Origin: Squalus acanthias
Lineage: Eukaryota
NCBI GenBank assembly: GCA_030390025.1
Contig: CM059439.1
Span: 29,140,001 to 29,204,000 of the forward strand
Direction of reading: 5' to 3'
Length of the DNA stretch: 64,000 nucleotides
The translations under genes and the position numbers were made by a program. Numbering within the stretch: position 1 is the first letter of the stretch; each line of letters opens with the position of its first letter. Below, one piece after another: positions 11,103-25,441 of this stretch. Under the pieces are notes generated by a model, which worked only from the letters and a program-made list of their open reading frames with translations, did not search any database and had not been told where the DNA came from.

Positions 11103-14100
11103 TCTCCTACCACTCCACACCATTGGCACCAAAATTCAACAGGTGGCGCCATGAATGTGCCCTCCAACACTGACCCCTGCTGGAGTTTGCAAGGTCAGTG
11201 GGAGGGTGCCTCATTTGCATGGGACTGGGGAGTGGGAGGCAGAAATGCCACTTGGGTACTTCTTTGGCTCCTGCCTGCTCCATGCCAGCAGAAATATGGT
11301 TGGCCGTCTGCCCTCGGAGTGCGGGGGGGGGGGGGGGGGGGGCAGGGGCGGGGGGTTTCTTTGTCCAGACACACGCCAACCCTCCCAACTCCAGTACTAC
11401 TCCCATTGACCCTCAAGTAAGGGGGTCAATCAGGAAATTTTTAAAAAATGTTTCCTCTTTGGGGTTCCCCCAGGGTGATAGCCAAGCCTGTGGACCCCAA
11501 CTGTGGGGCCCATATGTGCCCTGGGTGAAGCTGACACACCTCATCTTACTCAGCAAATTGATATGCTGGATCCACATCCAGGGCTAGGAGTTGGAATTCC
11601 CAGCTTATGGGGTCTCTGCCTCGGCCCGTCCTCAGCCTGTTATTTCCTTTGTAAGGGGTTCACAGAGGTTCCGTCTCTTACAAGGCAACCCAGAAACTCA
11701 CAGAAACAGTGAAGACCTGACGTAACCGTTTTCTTCCTCATTTCCTTCGCAGTTTTGCCGATTTACTGTCAAAGTTACAGCGGGACACTAGCAGAGCCCC
11801 TGTGGAATTTCCCAGCCATAGTGTATTGGAGCACCCAATGTGTTGTGCCACCTTAATAGAGTTTATTCTAATTTTGAGGTAAAGTTATAGAAAGACTCTG
11901 GTCTCTCTAACAACTCAACCAGGAGGCCCAGTTCATGCTGGTATTATTAACACAGGCTGTAGCCATGGCCCATGAACTGTGGGGCACTAGCTACACAAAT
12001 AAACTGTTGCTGCAGAACTGCATACCTTAGCAGCAGTAAGTATAAACAAAAGAGGCAACAGCCTTGGGGCTCCAGATAGGGGTGCAGTGAGGGGTTTAGA
12101 GGGAGTGAGTCCTTTGTGTGCTAGCAAAGGGATTGGTGGCATTGCTGATATGGTTCATTTCTGCTTATGAGAAAGCAGCAAGAGATTCCAGCTGGAAGGC
12201 AATAAAATACAAGCGTATTACTAATTGACGTAGTGCTGTTGATAAACCAAAATTTAGGCCCTGACGTCATCAGAGCGACGACAGGTATCAATTTGGCAAT
12301 CAAGTTGAAAATGGGGAATTTTGAGACATTTTGTACTATATGATCTTTATCAGGGTTGCAATGTACATTTGTTCATATTTTTTTTTAAATGCCATTAATA
12401 ATCAGGACAGAAATTAAGCCAGATTAAGGATAGAAGTTTAGTATTTTTACCTGTTTAATTGCATTCTTTAGTGGGGAGCAGTGCTTTTTTTAAGGGGGTG
12501 TGGCAGTATTTTCCAGCTTTAAAAATATATTTTGCATTGGTGTTATTCTTTTAATGATGCTGCTATGCTATGTTTAACATTTATTACCAGCTGTTTGTTG
12601 TCCTCTGACATGCCAGTGAGGAACATCGCAGTGTGTATAGTACAACTGCCAGGTTTGGGATCTCACACCAGATATTAAAAAGGTATGAGTGGAGGTTTTG
12701 GCTATGAATACCATAGCGACATATATAAAGATCAGGTTGGTAGTATAGGCTAGTCCAGCAAAGATCTGCTTGAGCTAGAATTGTCTAGTGGAAGATATGT
12801 TTGTGTGTGTGTGTGTGTTGAATAAGAGACCACAGATGAATTAGTTATGAGACGGAGGGGCAGAGTGTTCTGAAATTATTGGGTTACCATGACCCAGTGC
12901 ACGAGATGGTGTCAGTATTTGTGACTGCTTGCACGTATAGGAGGATTCCTGTCTACTGATGAAATCTGGATAGCACTGTATACGTTGGGAAGATACTGCA
13001 TGCTGGTCTGCCTGGGGTCAGCTGTTCTCTTCTAACTGAGACTGTTGTCTGCCTGTGTGTGTGTGTGGGTGGGTCGACAACTCTGTTATTGCTTAGATTG
13101 TTTGACGTATCATTCTCTTCGAACCACCCCCCCCCCCCCCACCCCCCGCCAATCCTTAAAAGCATTGACCCTGTCCATCCAGAAGCAGGATGATCACTTC
13201 CCACATCTCTCCCCAGATTTTTTGAGTGAGAGAGACTTTTGAGCTGCTGACTGCTGCCTGATACCTATTGTAGCTGCCGGATTGTCCCGAAGGCTGTTTA
13301 TTTTTAACATGAGGTTTTTTTTTAAAGACAGGCACTTTTTTAAATTCTTCACCCCAGTATATTAATCGTTAAACTGTCCATGACATCCTTTTTTAACATA
13401 GAATCCCAAACAACTTTCACTTGGTGGGGGAGGGTGTCGAGCGAAGGACACAATTTAAACGGGGCCTAGCCTGCTAATGTGAAATGTGTGATCTTGCTTG
13501 AAACAGGGATGGTTGGGTGGGGGGGGGGGAGGCGGGGGGTAAAACGTGGGGCGGGTGACAGAGCTGAGGAGCTTCCCTTCCCATTGCACAGCTCTGACTG
13601 CCAGAAGATCAGGAAGACCGTCTGGCATAAAGTAATTTACTTTTTTAATGCATGTATTATTTTGTTAGGTAGTGGGTGTATCTTGGGTATTTTTTTTTTA
13701 AAAAGGATTGAGAGAAAGAAAAATCAACAGTAACTTTTTATTTTAGCCAGCATTTCACTTGCCTTGGTGCAGAGGACTGATCTGAGTTCAACAAATTCAT
13801 TTTTTTCCGTGAATGAAGCCAGCAATGTGGAAAAATTTTGCCTTTCAGAGCAGGATGAATGTATATCTCAGCCACACATTAAGCCGCATTAGCAGGCAGT
13901 GGAGTGCTTAATGTGGCCATTTTTCACAGGAGCCAACAGAGGAGATGATTAGCATAATTAGTACAGGCAAGTCTATACATATGGAAATGCCAACTGCGTA
14001 AATGCCAGCACCAGTGGAAATTTATGTCAAGGCTGACAGGAGTCTCAGGGCTCAATAGTTCCCAGCTGTACCTCTTTGGGCCACACTGTCCCCAACCCAG

Positions 14101-15288
14101 TCAGGGTCTTTGGTTTCTGAATCTAAGTATGGAGCGACTAAAGCCAGATGGGATTGAGTGCTTAGGCTTGTAAAACAAACTAGACAGCAGCACTTTCCTT
14201 GCACCCTTAATCACTCAACTTCTTCCTTTCCTTCCCTTCCTAATTTTACAAGGATCTTAACTGTCTTCTATATAATTCCTCCCCCACACCCCCCCCCCCC
14301 CCCCCCCGACCTTCTCCTTCTCTTCTCCTCCACCCACTTTCCCTGGTTTATTTTTTTTTATGTGGAGGCTTTGGTCTCCTGCTTTTGTTGTCGAGAATTC
14401 TTTTTTTTCCCCCTGTTTGTTACAGAACATCTCTGACGGACATTCATGGTAGTGACAAAGCCTTGCATTCATTCAGTGGAGGCTCGATGAGCCCAGCCTA
14501 TTGGGCCTGAGGTGGAGCACACATCTGCTACTCGATTCAGGGAATGGAAAGATTTATTTTCAACAAAGCTTCTCCTAAAGGCCTCTCTCTCTCTCTCTCT
14601 CTCTTTCTCTCTTCTTCCCCCCGCCCCCAACACTAGTCCCCTTAAAAATGTAGAAGGTGGTTCTGGGAAAGGTCCGGATTGAACAATGATGTAAAACAAA
14701 AAAAACATTCTGGCCAATACATGTTGTGACAGCACTTGGCTGGAGAGCACTTATGAGCCTCTTGGGCTTATTTCTCTCTCCCCCCCCCCTCCCCCCCCCT
14801 CCTCCCCTTCTAATAGAAGGCAGGAGTGGCTTGGACAGGTATAAAAAAAAAGTCTCTTTCAACTAGTCCACAGTGAGACTTCCTCCAAAGCAGCATGGGT
14901 CTTTTCAGTGGAGCCCTAATCCAGCTAATCCTACCCACAACACTTTGAAGGTGGCCTTAGCCATGTACGCCATATGATTGGAAGAAAAGCCCGAGAGCAG
15001 GGCATGTCATTTTTTGTCTTTCTCTCGATACTGCTAGATGACAGAGACACGCTTGTTTTTATCACCAATTAAAATAGATGCATAGCTTTAAAATAAAAGC
15101 TCTTTCGTTGCTTGAAAATACATTGACTGAGCAGTGTGGCCATAGTATATCATTCTTGTGATATATTCAGTAGTTCTGTAATTCAGTAAAAGAGAAAAGT
15201 GTATAATGTACACAAGAAAGTTATAACCCAACAAAGGGCAGTGCTGCTACTGTATGCAGTACTCTGATATAACCTGGCAAAAGGCATT

Positions 15289-16166
15289 GGGGGAGAAATT
15301 CGGTATCGCCCCGTTTGGGGCGCAATTATCGGCCGGGCGCAAAGTTTAGCACCAAAGTTTAGCCTCCGACTGCAAACTTGGCTTCTATCGCCCCTGGAGG
15401 TGATTGGAGCGCTAAATCAGGCAGTACACACCTCTCTTAAGGCGCTAACGCCGAAGAGCAAGGCGCTACCTCAGAGCGCTGGCGAAGCTCATGTGATGTC
15501 GGTCAGCAATGGAACACAGACACACTGGCACCAGCCAGTTCTTAAAGGGGAGGGTCGATCTTGCTCTCCATCCACACCCTACTCATTGCAGCCTTGAATC
15601 TCGGCCTGGAGAAACCTGTACATCAAATCTGCTGGAAAGAACAATGGAGAGGCCCAGGGAAAGAGCTCAGAGTGCAGCCCCCATAGTCTCTTCTAAATTG
15701 ATGCAAGGAAGGTCAAATCAAAATGAACCTGCAAAGTGCAGCACAGTACCCAAAACTCCTTCACAAAGCGTTGAATCTTTCCAGAAGTCTCTCTCAGAAT
15801 GCGTGGTGCAAAAATGTCGCCGACAAAAAAAGGCAGAAAGCGGTCGCCTTTAAATAGCGCTCCCCCAGTCTCTTCCCGACTGCAAAACGTTCCCCTCAAC
15901 CTGTCGTTGCTAGCGGCAAGTGGAAAGGCAGGGGCCGCCACTCAATATCCGGTCCGGGGCACTACCGGGGCGTTGCACGCTTAACTGACGTCACGATCTG
16001 CGGGCGCAGGAGATCGTGGCGGTAGTGATTAGCGCCGCCACAAAATGTCTGGTCAATTTTGCAAGCGGCGCAAACATCGCCGCGCCCGGGCGCGAGTTGC
16101 TTTGCGCCCCATTAGTCCCCTCTTAGGGCGCTAACGGGAGGCGCAAAGCAACCGAATTTTTCCCCC
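15289..16166. mobile_element. PIF/Harbinger-type non-autonomous DNA transposon
   Basis: TIRs gggggagaaattcggt / accgaatttttccccc (15/16); 3-bp TSD ATT on both sides; CpG-rich subterminal palindromes. Confidence 0.8.
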
Positions 16167-16699
16167 ATTATTACCCACTGATAACTTTAATGGTAATCAA
16201 CTCCAGATTATCACTCAACAAACTTGCACTGATTATGATAATTAATCCTTCAGCAAAGGACATTGGCTTGGATGTTCCTCTGGGAATCCGTTCATTTTTG
16301 GGCTGTCCATTAGAGTTAACTGGAAATTAAAAATGGTGTAGAGGGGTCTACTGCCTAATTCGCACCCCAGAAAAGTGCCTCATTGATTTTCCTCTTTCTT
16401 CCCCCCACCCCCCGGGTGATTGAGGTGTCAGTTCTTTGGTTGTGGGCCATTCCCCCTTTAAGAAGAAACTGGAGAGAGTGAAGGCATTCTGTGCTGTCAT
16501 GTGAAATATAACTCAGATTTAAGAAGGCGTCCTTTAGTGGGGAGGAGGTGGCTGCGAAGGCCTCTTCCTTCTGTGGGCCAAAACACTGGATCTTCCTTTA
16601 CTGGTTTATAACAGTAACACCTCAACTGAAGAGCCTCTAAAGTTAAGGATTTGGTGTTCTGAAGTCGCACCAGGCACAGACATTCTGACATTGCATTGC

Positions 16700-16950
16700 A
16701 TAGTATTTACAGCACAGAAACAGGCCATTCGGCCCAACAGGTCCATGCTGGTGTTTATGCTCCACACGAACTTGTGAGCCACCTAGTTACCAACAAAAAA
16801 TGGCTGCCTTAGCCCTTTCAGCTGTTGTAGCAGCACTGGATTTACATTGTGTTTACAGCACAGAAACAGGCTATTCGGCCCAACTGGTCTGTGCTGGTGT
16901 TTGTGCTCCACATGAGCCTCCTCCCAACCTACTTCATCTAATCCTATCAG
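16700..16950 (-). mobile_element. Two CR1 3'-tail fragments (about 16700-16768 and 16845-16950)
   Basis: Near-duplicate tttacagcacagaaacaggc(c/t)attcggcccaac...gctggtgttt(a/g)tgctccaca. Confidence 0.75.
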
Positions 16951-18426
16951 TATTTCCTTACTGTCTATAGAGGGTGCTAATAGCACCAGAAATCCACCAT
17001 GAATATGTAATGAAGGTGAACTGAGGAAAATTGGACTGATTCTGGGAGGCGTTACACTGACTGGCAAAAGTACAGCTTTGGTACTATTTTGGTACTAAAT
17101 CCACCACAGACGAAAATCTAGGCCCATTATCTCATATCAGTTGCATAGCAAATCCTGGCTGTACATGACAATGGAAAAAGAAATGGAGCAGAAATGAAAT
17201 CGAAATATCAACTTCACGAATGTATTTAAGAATAATAGGACATGGAATAGATTTGATATTCATATATCTGGGTATAGATGTGGTTAGAAGCTGTTTGAGC
17301 TTCACTCTTGAGGTTTATGAAGTCATCTGAAGCCTTCAATGAAATTATTGCCTCACAATTGCTCTCAGCAAACTAATATTAAATTTAGAAAATGTTCTAA
17401 CGCAGTAAAACAGAATGTATTGTTGCAACCCCTGACTGAATGACCAATTACACTTAAAAAGAGTGAAAGAAAGGGAGAGTCTGTCCTACCGTCTGAGGAA
17501 CAATTAAACTCTGACCTTCCCCAGGACGTTCCTGTCGGGTGGGCAGGGTTAAAATCGACCCTTTAGACAATGGCCTTAAACAGACATAATCCACTTTAGC
17601 AGAATAATACATTATATATTACATGGTATAACACCCATGTCCTTATAAAACAGGGTATTATCCAATCTACCATGAACTCGTTTATGGCAATAAGCTCATT
17701 TCTGACTTCATGATGCCATCTGATCTTTTTGCTGTGATTTCCACACTTTAGTCATTCCCACATATTCATTATTTTCTGTAAAATAAACACTAATCACACA
17801 ATTGGTAATGGTGTCATTCATCTCTGAGTGTGAATGACATCATGCTTCAGTGATACAGTGGGGGTAATATTGACTCTGGACGATAGTGTAAAATGGCCGA
17901 TATGGAATCAGCCACCCGTTATACATCCCTCCGGATTTTCATTTCCATTGCACATGCATAACATAACTTCCCAAAAAATAGTATTCCTGGATCTACGTCA
18001 GCTTGAATCAGGAATACTAAAAAAATCGTTTAAAATTGACCAATTTACACAATTTGTATCTGAACTCTACACAATTTGGAAGCCAACTTTAAACTGTTAA
18101 ATACAAAAGATTATTAGTAAGCAAACGATAAATGACGTGATGGACTGATGGTGGCCAGTAGGATGAGTAATAAAAACATAGGTAATGGGAGAATAATTTG
18201 TGGTAGCAGTTGGGATTTATTTTAAGTGTTCTGCCTGGTTTGGGATTTGATAAGCAAATTTGAATGGGAGCAGTTTGACACATTACAATGTTATGTTTGG
18301 ATTAGAATTGACTGGAGTCACCTGTGTTTGGTCTAGAATAGCATGGGGGCACTGTTGTTTTTTATGTACCATTGCACTGTGCGATGGAGTAATGGAATAC
18401 AGGCTCATACTGATAATTCCCCAATG

Positions 18427-18536
18427 AAAGAAAAGAAAGACTTGCATTTATATAGCGCCTTTCACGACCACCGGACGTCTCAAAAGCGCTTTACAGCCAA
18501 TGAAGTACTATTTGAAGTGGAGTCCCTGTTGTAATG
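18427..18536 (-). mobile_element. SacSINE1/Deu-like SINE 3' fragment
   Basis: Near-identical to 5525-5630 and 59968-60075. Confidence 0.8.
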
Positions 18537-20717
18537 CCCAAGTTCCTGATCTTATTTCTCCTATCAGTGAGGGTGCTCTGGTGAAAAGATGGACAGCAAA
18601 CTGTTTGACACTTCCCTAAAGGGAGGGAAGGGAAGTTGAGTCACCTCCTCCTCTCTCCAATCCCTGGCATAGAGTTTCTACCATAGTGCAGCATTCCAAG
18701 AGTTCTAGGAACAGGTTGACTGCCTTTCTGCATCTTGTATGGTGAGGAATAGTGCATGGTTACATGGGCGGGGGGAGGGGCTGAGTACCCAATGAAGGGA
18801 AAAAGTGACCTATGCTAGCATTTCATAGACCTTCTTAATGTGTTTTAATAGGAGTCAGCTGTATGCTTTCCCATATAACCCATCACAAATATAACAGACT
18901 CTTAGCAGTGTGATTAAACGCTTAAAACTTTTTTGTGTCCTCTCTCACTTACATCGACAGCTGTCTGCTGTAAAGCAGTTATTGACAGGCCCAATTTGTT
19001 TTCGGAAAGGAATGGAATAAATTATGTGTGACTGTCAGCAATTGTCTTAAATGTATGAAAAGATTGAATCTTCACAATTGGTGCTTTGGTATTTTCATTG
19101 GTCATTTCAGAGGGATTTGCAGGTGCATTCTCCTCAGGGATATTTGGTATTTTATTGTACTGAGGGACTAAAGAATCCCCCCAAAGGTAGGCGTGCCCAG
19201 AAGTTCAAGATATCTTGCCTTGCATTATAAGTTGTGATAGAGTGATCAGATTGATGCAGTACTAAAGAGGCTAACTCCAAGTAAATCAATGCCTCATCCA
19301 GGTTTAGAAATTCCAATACACAAACTAGTCACCCCTGTTGTATAGAAATTCCAGTTCCTTCAAAATACAAAATCCTGATACGAATCATTAAAATCTTAAT
19401 TATCTGTACTAAGTATGGTTTCCACACTGCCAAATTTCACTACATATTAGAAGTCTAATCAGTGTTGTATAAAGTAATGCTTTTGTTAAGTGGTTTCTGT
19501 TGCTTTTATTGAAATTGAATTGCTGACTGAGAGCTTTAAATGAGCTAAGATACAAAGATCTGCCAATTGGCTATTTTTATCTAGGGTTTATAGAAATCCT
19601 GAACCAAGCATAACATTTCTTGGCACAAAACAGTTATATGATTATTAAGATTCAGCAGCAACAATTTCATTTCTGTGTTCACAGTGAAGGGAAGGGGGGA
19701 CGGGGGGGAAAGGGAGTAAGACTGAGTGGAAAAATTTCCACAGGTGGCAATGTTTATTGGAGGGAGTGGATTTTCAAACCCCACCACCTCCTCCTCCTCA
19801 CCCTCACCACACGGGTGCTAGGTGTTAAAACCAATGTTTCCGTGCTCCATTGTCGGCTTTCTGCCATGAAACTGCTGCGTTTTGGACACCCGTAACATTT
19901 GCAGTGTAGAGAATCAGTGTTTTAACTTAGGGTTGCACATCTAATTTTGGGATATTTTCAATGAGATGGTAAGCACAAACCAAAACCAGCGAGACTGACC
20001 AGAAACAGAAGATGCCAGCAGCAAACAAACAGCACCAGGAAAAAAACGGGTGAAGCTGATTGCACTGCCACTGAAATTAATAGAGCTGTGCTTATTTATG
20101 CATTTGAACAAAGAGCCATATAATCACAGGGTTTATCATTTTATTTGGCAAAATTAATGACTGCAGTATCAGAAAAAAGAACGGAAATAAAAATCGGGAG
20201 ATATGTAAAGCGAGCTGTCGCTTCACTATCAACCATATTACACTATCGTACAAAGTCAAAATTACCCCCAATAAGTAAAATTTGATGGGTCCTGTAGAAT
20301 TTACCCTGGCTTGTTATCAGCCACTCATGGCAGAAAGCAAACCCTGACATATACAACAGGGAATGCACTTCTGAGAATTTGCCTCTGAGCCTCTGCATTT
20401 TAGTCCAATGTCTCTGTTCCTGCCAGCTCAAGTTTGTCAAAAAATCTGGGCTGATGTCCTGGCTCATGGTCTCAAACTTCTCAGCTGCAAAGCTTTTTTG
20501 AGTACTTGTGTTCTCGAGATTGTATTTTCACACAAGACTGGGATCATAGATACTGCTATCCTGTACTATAGAAATGTGTGCATAAGTTGTGCTGCAGTTA
20601 AAGTTTAATTTCTATAAAATGACTCAAGTGAGAACAGGTTCATAATTTTCTTCTGCAGCACACGGGAAATCTTCTCCATTCATTGTGACCTTTATAGCAG
20701 CTACGCTCAGACACTTG

Positions 20718-22498
20718 GGCCGCGATTTCCCCAACCTCAACGGGTCCGGTGCGGCCGGGGCCAGTGATGGGGTGCGACCCGCTGCTGGCTCCAGCCCGCT
20801 GTCCAAAGTGATCTTACGCTGATTGGGCGTGTTAAGCCCGCCCAGCACGTTTCCGGCCAATTGAAGGAAGCAGGTCTGAAGACGTCACTTGATGACGCAT
20901 CATCAGCCAGTTTCCTTAAAGGGACCATGGCCAACTTTATTTTGACAGTTGTGCTGTCAGTGTTCTACAGCATTGAGGTGCTGCAAACACTGACAATCAC
21001 TGTAACAAAGGCATGGGGCTGCACCCAGGCTCTCCCATGATTTCACCATATGCTTATGGAGGGAGTCACAGCACGCAGGGAGGTTCTCTTCCCATCCAAT
21101 GGGCGGAAGAGACCCCCCTAGGAGATCAACACAGCCTGGTTGCACATTGTACAGGAGGACACAAGCAGGGATGTCATCAGGAGGACCAGGCTGCAGTGGC
21201 GCAAACCTTTCAATGATCTCAGTAGATCACAAAACGTTACTGCAATGTCACACTCAACCTCATCCTGCTGTGCCACTTATCACATCCCCATCACTGATCC
21301 TTCCCTACCCTACTCCTGCACATCTTTACTCACACCAACTTACCTTGCACCTCCACCCATCCCTCTCGATCTACATTATCACTTCCCCATCTCACTAGCC
21401 ACCCCTCACACTCACCCTCATCCTAGTCCACTCATACCAAGTAACAACACACAAGGGTAGGCACTGGGGTGTTTTAGCCAATGTTCATGTGAAGTTTCTG
21501 TTAATGTGCTGTCAAACATTGAAATCTTTATTTTCAACACTTTGCATTCTTGGACAGATTTGTGTGCATCTTTGGAAGTGGCTTAGTGAGTTGCAGTGAA
21601 TGGTGAGACATGACAGTACCCCCCGCAATGGCGATGAGTGTGAAAGGAATGGTTTGGGCATTGTAGGGATGCTTTATGGTGTTGGTGTAGGGTGGTGCCA
21701 ACCTGGCGCATCATGTGGCAGCCAGGGTGTACAGCGTCAAGTGAAGTAAATCTGGCTATGGCGAGGCCTTCCCTGGCCTCCCGGGCAGCAATGTGATCGG
21801 GTGCTGATGTCCTGTGTCCTGTGCAGCATCAGTTGGTTGCGGAGAAGGTTGGTGTTGTTGTTGGTGCTGCTGGTGTGCCTGGTGCTGCTGGTGTTGGGGC
21901 TGATTGTGGTGGGATTCTGAGGACCAAGGTGAGATAGTTTCAAGGGCACCGATGCTGATGGAATAGATGGCAGGTGAAGTTGAGATGACAGAAGCGACCT
22001 GTCAATGGTGAGAGAGGTTGTTCCAATGAGGTGACACTGGATACAGAGTTTGCTCCAAACACTTGCAAGCTGCATAAAGCTCAACCTGTTTTCCAAATGC
22101 AGTAAGTAACAGCTTCTAACCTTGGAAAGTGAACAGCTGTGAGATGGGAGCTTTTATAGCACATTTGCAGCAGTCAAGTTAAAAAATGATCCCATGGTGC
22201 CACAACTCCTGACCTGCTTACCTGACGTGATCCCCGAGCAGTGGGGAAGCTGTGGGCGAAATCTTAAAATCTAAAGGTGAGCTTAAAATAGTTTTTAAGT
22301 GCCTGTTAACAAGCTCTTAATAATCTAAATTGCCTCCCCCGCTTGCTGTCGGGTCTGTACAGCAGTGACAGACCCGATATCTGGGAAACTAGCGTGGAGG
22401 CGGGTTGACAGCGGATTCCCTACCCGCTGTCAAAACATTTTTTTTCCCACCCCACCCGTCACCAAACACGCCCGCTGATCCCCCGAAAAATTCTCCCC
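20718..22498 (+). mobile_element. Internally deleted Harbinger element with a Myb/SANT-like ORF remnant
   Basis: Degenerate GG..ATTT termini and TTG 3-bp flanks. Broken peptide at about 21015-21220: AAPRLS..HMLMEGVTARREVLFPSNGRKRPP*EINTAWLHIVQEDTSRDVIRRTRLQWRKPFNDL (NAIF1/Myb-like signature). Confidence 0.75.
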
Positions 22499-22769
22499 TT
22501 GGTGATTATTGAGGTTTTACATTGACGAGTTTAGGTAATCTTTTAAAGGGACAGAGTTGCTGTGTCAGGGAGTTGTTCTGGGAGGCTCAATATGTAGAGT
22601 AGCTCTCTCTGAAAACTGCTACTGAGCCACATCAGACTCCATGGCAAGTGCACAACCTACAATCTACTTCAGTACTAACTTTCTCAATTCAGTTTTCAGA
22701 TTGCTGTCTTTTCTTTAAAACAAGATTCTCTTTTAAATAAATCCATTTCTGGTGTCATTTCTGGTAGTA

Positions 22770-23258
22770 GAGAGGATACAACACAGATTCACTAGGATGC
22801 TGCCTGGTATGAAGAAATACAAATATGAAGAAAGTCTTAAAAAAACACTTGTTGTCTTCATTAGAACAGAGGAGATTACAGGATGACTTCATAGAGGTGT
22901 TTAAAATTCTGAAGGGATGGGGCGGAGTAGATAGAAACAGACTGTCTCCAGTGACTGAAGGGTCTAGAATGAGGGCATATAAATGTAAGGATAATTGTAA
23001 GAGATTTAGGACAGAGAGCAGGAGAAATATTTTTTACATAGAGGGTTGTGAGGCCGTAGAATGTACGACCAGAGTTAGTGATTGAAGCAGAGACCATGTC
23101 AACATTTAAGAAAAGGTTAGACAGGTGGTTGGAGGAAAGGGGGATAAAAGGTTATGGGAACAGAACGGGTATACGAGATTAGGACGACAGCTCCAGTGGA
23201 ACCAAATGTTGGGCCAAACGGTCTGTTTCCGTGTTATTATTTCCATGTAGTTCTATGT
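22770..23258 (+). mobile_element. CR1 LINE 3' end
   Basis: SLEQRRLQDDFIEVFKILKG...ESRRNIF; UTR gggccaaacggtctgtttccgtg. Confidence 0.88.
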
Positions 23259-24000
23259 CAGAAGCAACTGGGAACACGGAGACATGATCACGCTATCAAT
23301 CAGGTTGCTGTGTACACCACTGTGTGCAAACGTAAAATGATCTTACAAATCACCCTATCTGTGTTGAGAGGAATAATGTGAAGTGCAATCTGACTTGTGT
23401 TTCTGATATGGTTGTCAGTACCTGTCTGGTTGTTGGGCCAGTTGATAACTAACGGTAAGGAGCCACGCTCGGGACTTTTCCTGACTTGCAAAATCAAGTT
23501 TCAAAAGTCCGTGTCTCGTTGGATGTAAAATAGTTGCACAAAATAAAACACAGAGCTGTTTAGTCATAGAGCAATTCTGCATTCAACAATGAATTAGGAC
23601 TTCTGAGGCTGCAGCACAGTCTCATTGGCACAGTTTACAAGCAGTCTCATCTCTTCCTTCACACATCCGGTTGTAAATTTAAGAAGAATGTAGGATTTTG
23701 GAGGTGGGGATGTGAGTAATCCTCGACCCACCTTACACATAGCTAGTGGAATTATTGTCCTACAGATCTACAGGAGGTATCAAGAGGAGGTGCACTCAAA
23801 CTAATCTTTAAAAAAAAAGAAAGAAACACTTAAGACATGAGCTAAATCCACAAATTTGACCATATTAATACGAGAGACTCATGTGGAGTATAAACACTGG
23901 CACAGATTAGTTGGACTGAATGGCCTGTTCCTGTATATTCTATGTTGAATGCCTATCTATTATTTGACCACTAGGGCATTGAAAGACTTCTTACCTTGAT

Positions 24001-24140
24001 ATAGGAACATAGAACAGGAGTAAGGCATTCAGCCCCTTGAGCCTGTTCTGCCATTCAATTAGATCATGGCTGACCGTTACCTCGATCCCATTTACCCTCC
24101 ATATCCCTTCGTACACTTACCTGACAAAAATCTTATCAAT
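24001..24140 (-). mobile_element. CR1 3' tail fragment
   Basis: aacatagaacaggagtaaggcattcagccccttgagcctg...agatcatggctga; same family as 25442 and 62415. Confidence 0.8.
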
Positions 24141-25441
24141 AGTGACAGCTCAGGCCCAACCAGCAATAATCCTATTTTTCTGCTTGCCTGGAAATCATCA
24201 AATTTTGGATTTGAACAATAAAATTGTCTCACTGCGTGGATCCAATATAAATAAACCAGATACAAATCCGTAGAAAATGTGGCAACTTAGTAAAATAATT
24301 ACCGGCTATTAGGCAGCCCAATGGCACATCAGATTTGGTGCACCACTGTCCTGAAGCACTTTGTTGATAGGGTGCCAGATCACATCTGTCAACTTTCTGA
24401 CTGCAGGGAAGGTGCAGAGCAGAGGCTAAGTGCTTACCCACAGGAAGGAATGGAAACATTGGCAGAGCAAGGCTCCCAGGTCTTCTCCTGTGCGCTATAT
24501 GACAGCTGTTCACTGAGCTGGAATGGTAGTGCTGCTTGCCTATTTAATTAACTTTAGTATGGTCTGTGGGTTAGGGAACTGAAAAGAAAGGGTGGGGGGG
24601 GTGGGGAAGGAAATTACTAAAATTAAGATATCAAAGAGTAACAAAATTATTATTATAATCAGTAATAATGAGGGGGAGAATCAAAATTCCAACATAAAAG
24701 CCAGAACTTAGCACTGAGTAGAGAGCAATAGCAACATCATAACCAGCTGGTCAAAGTGCTTATTAAAAAAAAATCTAAAAATTCATTTTTGATTTCCCCA
24801 GTACAAAACATTTTTACAGCTCATTTGTCTGTTGAAAAAGTGAAGATGCTGCCTTGTGTATTTGTCTTGGCTCAGTGCCCCCTGAGGCTCGAGTACAGCT
24901 GCAGTTAGAGTGCCGGCTTCAGTAAATCCCAGTGAAATCGCCAGCTAAGGGTCTTTGGTACTGTATTTCCAAAATTGACACCATTGACTTAAAAATAAGC
25001 CAAAAGGAAATAGCAAGTCAAGGAGTCCAAATCTGCTTAAAGCGTCTGACTGGAATGTGTTGAAAAGGAAAAAGAGAGAAAAGAGCCACTGGTAGCCAAT
25101 TTTTCTCTCTGGTGCACGGAGGAGGAGTGATGTAAAACTTGTAAGACAAATGGCTGGCAGTAAGACACAAGGCAGTTATTGCTTTCAGGGGTTTTGTTGG
25201 CATCATGAATGTCATCACTGTAACACAGTTGGTAATATTGTTATTCACTCCTTGGAGAGTGAGACTGAAACTTAAAACAGGTCATTTTTTCTAAGATAGG
25301 TAAGAGTGATTGGTTATTTTAGTAATAGCCGAACTCTTGAGAATTGAGTAATGCCTTATATCTCCTCCAGCCAATTTCTATTCTTTATGATTGTATACCA
25401 GGTGGAGGTTATGTTTTTTATTGAAACCTGTTTGCTTACTT

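Noticed and set aside
11323-11355. Poly-G/C runs as functional G-quadruplexes (also near 13126, 14290, 41933 and 62017)
   Set aside because: Simple homopolymers, often inside TE remnants, and their lengths are error-prone
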